Source of the DNA: an uncultured Acidobacteriota bacterium
GTDB taxonomy: Bacteria > Acidobacteriota > UBA6911
Direction: 5' to 3'
Length of the DNA: 64,000 nucleotides
Assembly (NCBI GenBank): GCA_963827655.1
Contig: CAWHCF010000041.1
Location: forward strand, 32,001-96,000
Position numbers and translations under genes: made by a program. Of the stretch, positions 32,545 through 43,753 are shown in pieces (position 1 is the stretch's first letter; every line of letters starts with the position of its first letter). The notes under the pieces were generated by a model. It searched no databases. It was not told the origin of the DNA and saw only the letters and a program-made list of their open reading frames with translations.

Positions 32545-32967
32545 TAGATGGCGATATTTTCCGGATCATGATCGCCACCGATGATCCGGGATTCCTGCCG
32601 GGAACGGCCAGCCAGTGCGCGTACATTATATTCGAAATAGGCGCGTTGAGTCGGGACATTGCGCTCATAATCCATCAAATACTCTTTGGGCTCCGGGCTC
32701 TGATTCGCCGATTGGATTTTGGCGAACCGACAGGTCTAGGAGACTTCTCTGAGAACTTCACTTCCCGACAGCGTGTGGTATATGATTCAAAAACAATTTG
32801 GCTCGCAGAAGTTGACATAAGATTCCCGCAGCCACAAGAGTTAGGATAGACTGCTTCAACCCCCCAGTGTGTTAGTCCGGCTATCCACTCTCGCTGGTCT
32901 GCGGCGATTCTCGCACTGACCCGGTGGGTAGCGACCCAACCATCAACGTTATCGAAAGCAGGTAGCC

Positions 32968-35277
32968 GTGGGATCGGCAGGGCAGAAGGAACTTTTTGTG
33001 GCTGGCCTCACAAGTGCGTTGGTGTGCATCGGCTACCTCTGGGTCTCGTGGTATGGCTTCGATTTACTCGAAGAGGGCTACTTTGCGACCCACTCTCGAC
33101 GAGTGCAGTTAGGCGGTCTGCCCTACCGCGACTTCTCCACGCCTTATACGCCCGGGATATTCTATCTCGGGGCTCTACTGATGGACTGGTTCGGTACTGA
33201 CGTCGTCACGCTGCGGTTGCCGCAGGTCATCAGCCGGGTCGTACTCAGCCTCGCTCTGTATTCGGCGGGGCGGCACCTGATGCCTCCGTTCTTCGCGGCC
33301 CTTCCTCCAGGACTCATTTTGATGCTGGATCCGGTGCCCCACCGTTGGAGTCTCCACCCAGGCTGGATCACCGCGGCGGTTGCCACTCTCGGAGTTTTGG
33401 CGATGGCTCGCTATCTGCAGACCGGGCTGGGCCGTTGGCTCCTGGTTTCCGGCCTTGCGAGCGGCGTGGGCTTCGCGTTCAAGCAGAACTTGGCTGCCTA
33501 CGGTTTGATGTCCGCGCTATGGCTGGTTGTCGTCGCCGAGCGCCACATGCCGCTTGTTCCGGCGCCTCGCTCGTGGCGGTGGTTGTTTCCGTTGCGGTTC
33601 ATTCTGCCGGCAGCAAGCAACACCCTTCCCTCCAAGCAGAGTGAACCTGGTGGGCGTCGGCTGGGACGCGCCGATGCGAGTGGAGAGCTCGGGGGGATCG
33701 CGTCGCAGGGAAAGGCCCGCTTCCGGATTGGCTCTGTGGCCAGCCGACTGCGGATTGGCCATCCAAATGGCGGCGCTCGCGCTCTTGCCGTTGACGGCAG
33801 TGGTGCTGGTGCGCTCGTATTTTTCGACCGTAGTGGCAGGGCTTCTGGTTCTGCCGCTAGCGGCGGTTTCGTGGGCTGCCGCGACAGGCGTGGCATTCCG
33901 CGGCCACGCTGCGGTTGGGAACGCATGCCCAGGGCCGCGTCGTGCTCACGCGCGAGGCAAGCTTCTACGCCCGTCCTCTCCTCTTGATGATCGGCTTCAG
34001 TGCGGTGACCGTACCCTGGCTAGTCCTGCTCATCAAAGCACTCCAAGGGAACGTCGCGCTTCTGCGTGGCTTCGTGGGAGATGTCGATCTGACCGCCTAT
34101 GTCCTCCCGATGCCGCGACTGAGAATGACAGACCGCGTGCTCCTCGTGGCGGCGGTGCTGCCCCCTCTGCTGCTGGTCGTGCGCTACAGCAGCAGCTGTG
34201 GAAGCGGCGTGGCGCAACGGTAGGATTGTGCGTATGCGTGGGGTTGCTCGCCGTTTACGTGATTGAGAGTGTCTCGGTCCGATGCCTCCAGTGCGGTCGT
34301 TCTGGGCGTGTGGGGAGCCGCCGGTCCTGCCTGGAGCCCTTATGCAGGCACCGGCGGCGACAACAGTGGCGTGCTGTTTCTGTACCTGCCGACGCTGGCC
34401 TTCTGGGCAGCGTTCGCGAAACTGCTACTCACGCTGCGTAAGGAACAAACAACACTGACGGGCGGGACGGCGCTCCGCCTATGGTATCTCACCGCCGGAT
34501 CCGCGCTGCTCCTGAACCAATACCCGCGCATGGACGCGGCGCACATGGTGTGGTCAGGTGGGGTGCTGCTGGTGGTGGGCGCAGACCTGCTGCACGTCTG
34601 GTATCAGTTTCTGCTGCGACAACTGCCCACGACCTGCGGTGGGCCGGCCGATCGGTCGTGGGGCTGAGCGTAGTGCTCCTGCCGATCATGGCGGCAGTCC
34701 CTCAGGCCTCGGATCGCCTCCACGGCTTGAGCCTGTTCGCGATGAGTCAAGCTGCAGCGCTCTCTCCCAGCAGGCTGGGACCTGTGCAACGCTATGTGCA
34801 ACTGACTCCGGCGCGGCGCGGGCGCCTCCGTCTGGGCGCCCGCCGATCAGGCACGTCCCATCCAGGAGGTGGTGGACTTCCTGCGGCAACATACAGCGCC
34901 CGGCGAGCCGATCTTCACCTACCCGGCCATTCCCGGCTTCTATTTCCTGGCGGATCGACCCAATGCGACGCGATTCAACCACCTCTTTGGCGGCATGGCA
35001 TCGCGGAGAGATCAGGAAGAGATGGTCACTCAACTCGAAGCGGTGCGTTACGTCGTGTGGGATGACAGAGGCGCGCACATCGTGGGTGGGTCCCGGGGAC
35101 AATGCGCGTCTCACCGAATACATCCACGCGCATTTCCGCGTGGAGCGCGTGCTGGGCATTTACACCATCCTGTCGCGCCACGCTGCAGGGCCGTCGTTAC
35201 TGGAAATTATCGGCCGAAAGAGAGCGGGAGCGCCTGTTCCCGTTGAGTATACCTGCTGTTTCTTCCGCCACCCTTAA
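32968..35277 (+). CDS. Polytopic GT-C/ArnT-PMT-like membrane glycosyltransferase, multiply frameshifted (possible pseudogene)
   Basis: TM1 followed by DLLEEGY..G.LPYRDF.TPYTPG, FKQN, many TM segments and C-terminal T.PGEPIFTYP..PGFYFLADR.NATRF, spread over several ORF pieces. Confidence 0.6.
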
Positions 35278-35665
35278 CTCCAATCGCGAGGACGAATCGG
35301 TCGAGGAACTACTGTTCCGGGCCTCGCACTCATTGACCCGAGACCTCCACTGACGGAACCCTACCTCCTCTCGTATCTGCAGCGCCTCGGGAAGTTTGAT
35401 CCACAACCGATTCTAGAGAGGATCCGACAAAAAGAATTCGACGTTGTAATTACTTCCGTGCATCCTGGAAGTTGGCGGGGTATAGATCACGTTGCACCCG
35501 ACCTTCGTAATGCGATAGCGGCCTCGTACAGACCTCAATGCATCCTGCGCGGGATCCCTCGTGCATTTGCCCCGTAATCCGGGTCCTGTCAGCAGCGCTT
35601 TGGCACAGGACTTGGCAAACATCGGTTGTGTGCCAACTCCGCCAGAGTAGATGGCACCGGTCCTT

Positions 35666-36310
35666 CTAACTACTTTTCAACCGGGCGCGAATGAACATCT
35701 GCTTGCCGAACGGCTTCCAGCGAAAAGACAAATACATCCGGATGAGGATGGGTGAAACGGGCAGGCTCGATTTCACGGTGAGCGGCAGAAAGCGTGGCCG
35801 GCACTCGATTACCTGGTAGCCGTGCGCGTCAAGGAAGTCGGCGATGCTGATATGAGTGTAAACCGTCCTGTGGGTGTAATCATCGAAATACTCACGATAC
35901 GCGTAGTAGTAATTGGGCTGTAGGATGTTCAGCGTACCGCTTCTGACCAGCGCTCTCTTAAGCTGACGCAAGACAGAAGCAAAATCCTCCTGACTTATAT
36001 GCTCGAACACGTTACTGGCGAACACAAAATTCACCGACGAAGGTTCAAGGAACGACAGGTCGGTCACGCTGCCGGTTCGGCTTTCGATTCCGGGTTGCAG
36101 ATAGTTGACGAACTCATCCCAGGAATCCAGAGCAATCCTTCTTTTCGCCGCGACCTGGTTGATGAAGTGGCCGTACCCGGCGCCAAGCTCGAGGACACAA
36201 TCGCTCTCCGAAACGAGTCGGGAAAAGTGGTAACGCCACAATGCCCGCCACAGCACTTCCCGCCGCGCGTCGGGTGCGAATCGTGTTCGAAAGTACGCTT
36301 CCGAACTCAT
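35666..36310 (-). CDS. Class I SAM-dependent methyltransferase
   Basis: VLELGAGYG, ASNVFEH and YFDDYTH motifs; ATGA overlap with the upstream GT2 gene. Confidence 0.85.
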   Translation of the reverse strand: MSSEAYFRTRFAPDARREVLWRALWRYHFSRLVSESDCVLELGAGYGHFINQVAAKRRIALDSWDEFVNYLQPGIESRTGSVTDLSFLEPSSVNFVFASNVFEHISQEDFASVLRQLKRALVRSGTLNILQPNYYYAYREYFDDYTHRTVYTHISIADFLDAHGYQVIECRPRFLPLTVKSSLPVSPILIRMYLSFRWKPFGKQMFIRARLKSS

Positions 36311-37290
36311 TTCAAATGCCAGCCGAAGCACAACCCTGCGATCATTCTGAGCCCGACGCGAAGCGCACGAAAATTGTTGACGTTGCCGCCCTTGCTGACG
36401 CCGACCCTGGGGTGAAACGTGATCGGGCATTCAACGACTCTTTCACCGATCGCCAGCGCAGTATCCAGAAAATGAGCATTGAACTCTAAATTGATTTCCG
36501 GGTTGAGCACGGGCATCAGCCGTTCGAGACTTCCTCGGCGAGCGAGCTTGTACGTAGTGCCCACGTCGGTGAACGTGCCACGCCCAAGATGTTTTAACTC
36601 GAGTAGCTTCCCGACGAAGAAATTGCCGTAATACATGAATGTCGAGAGCTGCGTGGAGTATTCGCGCAACTGCTCCACAATCCGCGTGCCGTTTACAATA
36701 TCGGCCTCATCAATGTACGCAAGCAACTTTTCGAGGTCCTTGGCGCGGAAAGTCATGTCGCCCTCGCAGAGCACGATCAAGTGTGCGGCTTCGTCCGCCA
36801 AGGCTTCCTGGAAACAGCGATAAACACACCTTCCGTATCCGGACATAGTCTCGGTGACCACCATTGCCCCGGCGCTGGTTGCGATAGCGCATGTCTGATC
36901 CCGGCTGTTGTTGTCGACGACGATTACGCGGCGGACAAGCGGATGGTTGCGAAAATCAGCAACCGCATCGCCTATGCTTTGTTCATCATTATAAGCCGTA
37001 AGGGCGACCACGACTTGCCGATCAAAAACTCGCTCCGGAGGTTTGCGTCTCAAACTCATACGCTTGGCCGGGAGCAGAAACGCAAGGTCCAGGGCCGCCA
37101 ACAGCAGTCCGAGTGTGCACGGAACCCCGCTGTACCAAACAACCGCTTCATTCCAGGTTCGATATGGTTCTCCGAGGCCCAGCAGAAGTCGAAAAACCGA
37201 AAATACCATACCGAAGAAATAGAGGGCTAAGCCGAAGAGTCCCAGCAGGACTCCAAAGAAGAAAAGAGGAATAAGACGTGTCCGGCGCAT
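36307..37290 (-). CDS. GT2 glycosyltransferase (DPM1/GtrB-like) with N-terminal TM helices
   Basis: TAYNDE..I, VVDNNSRDQT, GYG, EGDMTF, TDVG and RVGVSK motifs. Confidence 0.88.
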   Translation of the reverse strand: MRRTRLIPLFFFGVLLGLFGLALYFFGMVFSVFRLLLGLGEPYRTWNEAVVWYSGVPCTLGLLLAALDLAFLLPAKRMSLRRKPPERVFDRQVVVALTAYNDEQSIGDAVADFRNHPLVRRVIVVDNNSRDQTCAIATSAGAMVVTETMSGYGRCVYRCFQEALADEAAHLIVLCEGDMTFRAKDLEKLLAYIDEADIVNGTRIVEQLREYSTQLSTFMYYGNFFVGKLLELKHLGRGTFTDVGTTYKLARRGSLERLMPVLNPEINLEFNAHFLDTALAIGERVVECPITFHPRVGVSKGGNVNNFRALRVGLRMIAGLCFGWHLK

Positions 37291-38498
37291 TGTGGAAGTG
37301 TTGGCCGCGACGGCGCCGGCAGGTGTCGCAGTTTCTTGACGCTCGAAGAAGCGGCTTCATTTCCGGCTTCATTTCCGATATACGATCGGCCACATACCGC
37401 CGGGGGCATGCAGGATCGGGCAGTCTATCACGTCGTCCCCGGCTCACGGTCGTCCAAGGGCAACGGCGTCGTTATCGGCTGTTCACGACGGCTCCAGACA
37501 CCGTCCTACGGACGGCGACGGGAGAGTCTGAGCTTTGTCGACGAGGTTTCGTCGTCGGGATCGTAGTAACCCTGAACCGGCAAAGCGCTTCCGCTGAGGC
37601 GGTAGCGTGTCTGCGCAATTGCACCAAGTGCGAGTCCTCGCCGTAAGGGATGGAGGGCCGCGCTCACGCTTGGCTGAGCTATGCCGCGAGCACGGATCCG
37701 GTGCTTTCGGGCCGCATTATTCGCCGGAAGGTGGTCCAATATATCGCCCGATGAACATCGCCGTCGTGATCGAGCACCGCGCTCACGTCTCGCCAAAGAG
37801 CACATTGAGTCGAAAAAGCCTGCGGCCAAGCGAGTCTGGAAACGGTCGCGTTTCCGCACAGCCGTCATTCTACCTCAATGCACACGAAGCGGGAAACATC
37901 GTGCCAGGAGATCGAGGCGTCGTTAACTCCGACCGCGTCGTCCCAACGTTGACTATCACTTCTCGATTTCGTAAACAGTCATGACGAGGCGTGCGACAGA
38001 TTTGGGCTGGGTTTCCAGCAAGGCTGAACGAGCCTGACCGTGCTTCCGAACTCTTGCCGGCGACCACGGAGCAGGCCGCATCAGTCGAGCGATAATCTCA
38101 AAGCCTGCCTTCTCGATTCGAAACGGATGCTCTCTTTGAGAACCGCGCTCAACGCGTAAGATTCGGATACGGATTTCCGCTCACGACTGGTTCCTGGCGA
38201 TCCTGGATCAGTCCGCCGTCCGGAGACTGGAGAAACTCAAGTAACAGGCACTAAATGGCGGCAGCTTGGTGCCGCGTCGCGAAATGGCCAGTCTTTTGTA
38301 CGCATGTCAAATGCAGACCCTTGGGAGGTGAGATCGCTGATTGACGGGTCAATCAAACGGTGATAAAGACGATTCTATCTGACTGTGCGTCTAATGATAA
38401 TCGAATTTGCGCGGGCGAAGTCAAAGCTGGACAGCCGGCAGCAAGCTTGCGCACTCCGAGTCACTTGCGATCTTTTCGACGCTGTGAGGAGAAAGGTC

Positions 38499-40694
38499 AT
38501 GAGGCTACGTTTTTGGGGAGCTCTGGCGCTTGGGCTTGCCGCAAGCACGGTTTCTGTCGCCCAGCAGGAAGATCTTTCAGTTGTGGCCCGCTACATCGCC
38601 TGGACTGACGCGCCCAACTGGCTCCAGAAGCATCTGAATGCAATCGCCTTCAGTCAGCTTGCCGCGCGCCGAGAGCGCATCGGCAAGCTAAGAACGGCTG
38701 AGGATTGGAAGGCCCGCCGCCAGGAAGTCCGGGATGCTTTGGCCAAGGTCGTGGGGCCGTTCCCCGAACGCACTCCGCTCAATCCTCGCATTCTCGGCAC
38801 GGTCAAGAAAGAGGGCTACCGGATCGAGAAGGTGGTTTTCGAGTCCCAGCCGAAATTCTTCGTCACGGCCTGTCTTTTCATCCCGAATCAGCTGAACGGA
38901 AGGACGCCGGCGATCCTCAACGTCATCGGGCACACCGGTATCTCGTTTCGCGCTCCATCCTATCAGCGACTGCTCCTCAACCTGGTTCAGAAGGGCTTCA
39001 TTGTCCTGGCCATGGACCCGATCGGGCAGGGTGAAAGGCTTCAGTACTACGATCCGGCGCTCAAGACCTCGAGCGTAGGAGGGAGCACCGCTGAGCATTC
39101 TTACCTGGCCAACCAGTGCTTCCTCGTCGAAAGCTCCGCCGCCCGCTACTTCACCTGGGACGGAATTCGCGCGATCGATTACCTGGTCTCGCGCCCCGAC
39201 GTCGATCCAGCCCGGATCGGCGTTACCGGCCTTTCCGGCGGCGGCACCCAGACGGCGTATATCGCCGCCCTGGATGATCGAGTTGCCGCGGCGGCGCCGG
39301 CAAACTACATCTGCGGCTTGGAGCGGCTGTTCGCGTCGATCGGGCCGCAGGATGGGGAGCAGCACTTCAACCGCGGCGTCGCGGAGGGACTGGACCACGC
39401 CGACCTTCTCGAGGTCCGGGCTCCGAAGCCCACTTTGATTGTTGCCACTACCCGTGATTTCTTCAGCATCCAGGGGGCGCGCGAGGTCTTTGCCGAAACC
39501 CACAAGGCCTTTGAGGCCCTCGGAGTTCGCGAGAATGTTGAACTGGCCGAGGACGACTACGAGCACGGCTATACGGTCCGGACCCGTGAGGCGATCTACC
39601 GCTTCTTTCAGAAGCATCTCGCTCTGCCCGGCCAGGCGGCCGACGAAAAGGTCTCGATGGTTGGGCTCGAGGAGTTGAGGGTCACAGAGACCGGTCAGGT
39701 AAGCGATTCTCTCGGCGGCGAGACCGTCTTTTCACTCAACCGCGCCCACGCGCAGCGGCTGCTCGAGCGGCTCGAGCGTTCCCGCGCGGAGCTCGGCACG
39801 CATCTGCCGAAAGTGAAGACTGCAGCCCGGGAACTTTCCGGGTATCTCGCCCCGCGGGAGACCGCCGGCCTCGTCTTCCGGGGGCAGTATCAACGAGATG
39901 GATACACGATAGAAAAATGGGCGATGGCGGGCGAGGGGGAATACATCGTCCCGTTCCTCCTGATGATCCCTGCCGGTGTCTCGAATCCTCCGGGCGTCCT
40001 CTACCTGCATCCTCGAGGCAAGTCGGCCGCAGCCGGCCGCGGCGGCGAGATCGAATGGTTCGTCCGGCAAGGTTACGCCGTGCTCGCCCCGGATCTTCCA
40101 GGGGTGGGTGAAATCGGCCCGGCCGAGGCGCCGGCGGGACGGCGCAGCCTCACGGCGTTCCTCGGAGCGCAGACCGGCCGCAGCATCGTGGGAATCCGGG
40201 CCGGAGACATCGCTCGCTGCGTGCGCTATCTCGAGTCGCGCCCCGGCATCGACGGGCGCCGGATCGCGGCTGTCGCTCGGGGACCGATGACGATTCCGCT
40301 GCTTCATGCGGCCGCCTTCAACGATTCCATCGGAAGGATTGCGCTGATCGAGCCGCTGGTCTCGTTCGAGTCGGTCGTGATGAACCGTTTTTACAACACC
40401 GATTTTCCCGACACCGTCGCGAACGCTCTGACCGCTTATGACCTTCCCGACCTTGCGGCGGCGCTCGCCCCTCGGCCGCTGCTTATCGTGGGCCCTCAGG
40501 ACCAGCTGGGCGCCCCTGCCGGAAAGGATCAGGTGGAGCGCGAGCTTCGGGTCGTCCGCGCAGCATACGCGCACTCGGGCGCTGCGGCCAGGTTCAGCAC
40601 GACACGCTGGGAAGCATTCCAGGGCCCCGACGAGGTGCTCGGCGAGTGGCTGAGAAGCGACCAAAAGCCGCTGAGACCCAAAGAAACACCATGA
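38499..40694 (+). CDS. Secreted acetylxylan esterase-like tandem alpha/beta hydrolase
   Basis: Signal peptide; [40 protein letters not shown]; second degenerate hydrolase domain (YDLPDL). Confidence 0.82.
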   Translation: MRLRFWGALALGLAASTVSVAQQEDLSVVARYIAWTDAPNWLQKHLNAIAFSQLAARRERIGKLRTAEDWKARRQEVRDALAKVVGPFPERTPLNPRILGTVKKEGYRIEKVVFESQPKFFVTACLFIPNQLNGRTPAILNVIGHTGISFRAPSYQRLLLNLVQKGFIVLAMDPIGQGERLQYYDPALKTSSVGGSTAEHSYLANQCFLVESSAARYFTWDGIRAIDYLVSRPDVDPARIGVTGLSGGGTQTAYIAALDDRVAAAAPANYICGLERLFASIGPQDGEQHFNRGVAEGLDHADLLEVRAPKPTLIVATTRDFFSIQGAREVFAETHKAFEALGVRENVELAEDDYEHGYTVRTREAIYRFFQKHLALPGQAADEKVSMVGLEELRVTETGQVSDSLGGETVFSLNRAHAQRLLERLERSRAELGTHLPKVKTAARELSGYLAPRETAGLVFRGQYQRDGYTIEKWAMAGEGEYIVPFLLMIPAGVSNPPGVLYLHPRGKSAAAGRGGEIEWFVRQGYAVLAPDLPGVGEIGPAEAPAGRRSLTAFLGAQTGRSIVGIRAGDIARCVRYLESRPGIDGRRIAAVARGPMTIPLLHAAAFNDSIGRIALIEPLVSFESVVMNRFYNTDFPDTVANALTAYDLPDLAAALAPRPLLIVGPQDQLGAPAGKDQVERELRVVRAAYAHSGAAARFSTTRWEAFQGPDEVLGEWLRSDQKPLRPKETP

Positions 40695-41464
40695 ACGAAA
40701 TTGAGAAGCGCCGTCTCGACCAGGACGGATATCTCGTGCTCGAAAACTTCATGTCGCAAGAGTTGCTCGACGAGATTCGACGCCGCATCGAGGAAATCTT
40801 CATTGAGGAAGGAGACCGCGCCGGTTCCGAATTCAAGCAAGAACCGCAGACACGCCGGCTGGCAAACCTGGTGAACCGGGGTGAGATTTTCCAGCACGTG
40901 ATCGCGATGCCGAGGATTCTCGAGTGCATAGCTCACGTCCTGGGACCGGAGTTCAAACTCAGCAGCCTTAACGCGCGCTCGGCCAATCCACACTCCGACT
41001 GGGTACAACCGCTCCATTGCGACGCGGGGGCTATCCCGGACGCTCTCGGCTACTGGGTGTGCAACTCGGTCTGGCTGCTGGATGATTTCACGACGGAGAA
41101 CGGCGCCATCCGTATGGTTCCTGGTTCGCATCGCTGGGGCAAGCTGCCGCAGGAGGTCCTGGCCGACCCTGTGGCGCCTCACCCGGACCAGGTCCTGTTA
41201 ACGGGCAACGCGGGCGATGTCGTTATCATGAACACTCACATGTGGCATGGCGCCACCGCGAACCGCACGGCGGCGCCCCGTCGAGCGATGCACAGTTTTT
41301 ATTGCCGCTGGGACAAGCCCCAGCAGCAGCATCAAAAAGTGCTGATTCACCCTGACGTGCAACGACGCCTGAGCCCCTCGCTGCGCCGGCTGCTTGCCCT
41401 CGACGATCCTTTGAATGACGAGCTCAGCTCGAAGGACAGCGGGCGAAGCGGATTCCTCAAGTGA
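40691..41464 (+). CDS. Phytanoyl-CoA dioxygenase (PhyH) family Fe/2OG oxygenase
   Basis: [28 protein letters not shown] and WHG..N...RR motifs; ATGA overlap. Confidence 0.88.
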   Translation: MNEIEKRRLDQDGYLVLENFMSQELLDEIRRRIEEIFIEEGDRAGSEFKQEPQTRRLANLVNRGEIFQHVIAMPRILECIAHVLGPEFKLSSLNARSANPHSDWVQPLHCDAGAIPDALGYWVCNSVWLLDDFTTENGAIRMVPGSHRWGKLPQEVLADPVAPHPDQVLLTGNAGDVVIMNTHMWHGATANRTAAPRRAMHSFYCRWDKPQQQHQKVLIHPDVQRRLSPSLRRLLALDDPLNDELSSKDSGRSGFLK

Positions 41465-41539
41465 TCGCGGCGGAAAAAACCAACCTCCAAGACACGAAGA
41501 CTGTTGGGGGTGTTCGAATATATAAGTAATAAAAGGCCG

Positions 41540-42040
41540 ACGGTTCCCGGCTCAGGATCGACGACCCCGATCTGGACCCGATCTGGGAAGCAGTGCGCTC
41601 GACTAAAGCTCCCCGTGTTCATTCACACAGCCGATCCGCAAGAGTTCTCTCAAACCGATCGACTACACGAATGAGCGCTGGCTCGAGTTGGCCCTCTTTC
41701 CCGAACGGCGGTATTCCTCCGGATAAGATTCCCGCCGTTCGAAACGCTGATGACCGAGCGCGACAACTTGTTCGTCGCAAGCTCGAACACGATATTCGTG
41801 GCTGCGCACATGGGCTGGCACGCAAACGATCTCAGCGCGGCTCGGCAGGATGATGGACGAAATGCCGAATCTGTAGCCGAGGTAGGCGCCGTACTCTACG
41901 ATATCGGACGCCAGCCGCGCGCCGCGTACGACTTCTTCATCAAATACCAGGACCGCATTCTCTTTGGCAAGGATGCGTTCCAACCGGAAGAGTATCCGTA
42001 CTACTGGCGCGTTTTCGAGACGAACGACGAGTATTCTCAG
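41540..42040 (+). pseudogene. Internal fragment of an amidohydrolase_2 family gene
   Basis: [57 protein letters not shown] in shifting frames; no start, truncated end. Confidence 0.75.
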
Positions 42041-42046
42041 TGTCGT

Positions 42047-42119
42047 CGCGTCTTCGTGGTTAGAGCTGTCTAACAAATACCACTAAGACTCAAAGACACG
42101 AAGAAACACCAAGAATCTT
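42047..42119 (+). repeat. 9-mer-based palindromic dispersed repeat copy
   Basis: gtcttcgtggttagagctgtctaacaaataccactaagactcaaagacacgaagaaacaccaagaatctt. Confidence 0.85.
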
Positions 42120-42127
42120 TGATCCTG

Positions 42128-43435
42128 TCAGCTCAGGTCGAGCGCCATGGCAACTTTTCGATCGCGCACATACAGTCTGGTCCCGACGAGCGACGGAGCA
42201 GTCCAGGCATTACTGCTCAGGAGGGCCGCCTTGGCCAGCACTTTCACGCCTTCGGGAGATACCGTGGCTAGCGCCAGATCGCCATCCTCCTCGACCATGA
42301 TCAGCTTTCCATCGGCATAGACAAAACTCGTCTTTGAAAACGTCCGATCCTGCCACGCGATCTTTCCGGTCTTGATTTCGATGGCGCACAGGAACGCGGG
42401 GCCAAAATCGCCGCTCGACCCATAGACATAGTCTCCGATTCGAACCACGTTTCCGATGTGCACGCGCATCCGGTTGTTAAACCAGAGTTCCTTGGGAGTT
42501 GTCTTGCCGCCGGTACGATTCAATTGGATGACCCGGCTGCCCCCATCGTATGCCGAGCTGACAAACAACAGATTACCGTCGCTCCAAATCGGCGTGGTGA
42601 TATTTAGACCGTATTGGGTCTTATGGGGATGCGTCCACAACAGATCGCCGTTATCGGGATCCATCCCCGCGATTTCATTCGCCCCAATCATGACAAGCTG
42701 GTCCTGCCCGTCGACGTTTATGATGATCGGCGAAGACGGCCCCCACTCGAGGTCCTGTTTCTTCCAGGCCACGGTTCCGTCCTTTTGATTGAATGCCATC
42801 ATGAATTGTCCCGGCCCGCCTGCCGGAACAATGACCGTGTTCCGGTATGCGAGGGGGCTGCTGGAGTAGCCCCGGCCGCGGACCGGCGCGTTGAATTTTT
42901 TCTGTAGATCGATCGACCAGAGTACTTTTCCACTTCCCTTATCCAGGCAAAGCAACACTCCCATCACCCCGACAGTAAAAAGGCGATTCCCGGCAACAAG
43001 AGGAGTCACATGGGGTCCGGGCCCGTTTTCCATTTTCATCTTCGGGTCGAAAGGCGCGTCATAGCTGTACTCCCAGAGCGTCTTGCCGGTGTTCGCATCC
43101 ATACTGATGACAACATCCTGATCCACCTTCCCTGTTTCCTGGGCGACGCGGCGATACATGGTGTAGAGTTTGCCCTGCTCTACAGCAATCGCGGAATAAC
43201 CGTCGCCGAGGTTACGGGTCCAGAGCCGGCGCGGTCCGTTAGCCGGCCAGGTGTTCGCCAATCCCTTCGACTCGGCCGTGAAGTTCCGGCTCGGCCCTCC
43301 CCACTGAGGCCAGTCTGGCGTCGGGGAGGCGCCTGCGTATACGAGGAACAATCCCGTGATAACGACCAGAGAAGCGCACGCGAGCCAGCGGCGAACTTCG
43401 GAATAACTGTTTCCTGCGCGGATCCATGCAATCAT
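42128..43435 (-). CDS. PQQ-like beta-propeller protein (BamB-like family)
   Basis: DWPQWGGP.RN, repeated ..TGK..W units, SSP motifs and C-terminal W.AP......LYVRD. Confidence 0.85.
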   Translation of the reverse strand: MIAWIRAGNSYSEVRRWLACASLVVITGLFLVYAGASPTPDWPQWGGPSRNFTAESKGLANTWPANGPRRLWTRNLGDGYSAIAVEQGKLYTMYRRVAQETGKVDQDVVISMDANTGKTLWEYSYDAPFDPKMKMENGPGPHVTPLVAGNRLFTVGVMGVLLCLDKGSGKVLWSIDLQKKFNAPVRGRGYSSSPLAYRNTVIVPAGGPGQFMMAFNQKDGTVAWKKQDLEWGPSSPIIINVDGQDQLVMIGANEIAGMDPDNGDLLWTHPHKTQYGLNITTPIWSDGNLLFVSSAYDGGSRVIQLNRTGGKTTPKELWFNNRMRVHIGNVVRIGDYVYGSSGDFGPAFLCAIEIKTGKIAWQDRTFSKTSFVYADGKLIMVEEDGDLALATVSPEGVKVLAKAALLSSNAWTAPSLVGTRLYVRDRKVAMALDLS

Positions 43436-43487
43436 GAGAAGGCTCCTTTAAGTGCGGCCCAGGAAGGCCGGCCGAAAGCTTAGTACG

Positions 43488-43570
43488 TCTTCGTGTCTTC
43501 GTGTAGGGCTGCAAAACAATACCACCAGGACCCAAAGACACGAAGAAACACCAGGAATCTTGCCAAAAAA
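43488..43570 (+). repeat. 9-mer-based palindromic dispersed repeat copy
   Basis: tcttcgtgtcttcgtgtagggctgcaaaacaataccaccaggacccaaagacacgaagaaacaccaggaatcttgccaaaaa. Confidence 0.8.
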
Positions 43571-43753
43571 GAAACGACCGCACCCGCTAGTGATATGGTT
43601 TTGAGTTCTCGGTCATTGATATCCGATGCCTGACTGAAGATACTTGTTCGGCATTCTCGACGCAAGTAGAGGGCCACCGTGGCGAATTAAGTAGACTACT
43701 TAGGCCGGAACGGCGATGACCGTATCCACCAGACGCCATAGATCGAATTGCAC

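Noticed and set aside
32485-32849. Extended transposase C-terminus in ORF 31995-32849
   Set aside because: Homology ends at the WN.TI.P-like motif (~32484). The rest reads through the IS right end because of a frameshift.
35601-35616. Second sigma54 promoter (TGGCACAGGACTTGG)
   Set aside because: The -12 element lacks the GC at the required spacing, and the site points into the 3' end of a convergent gene.
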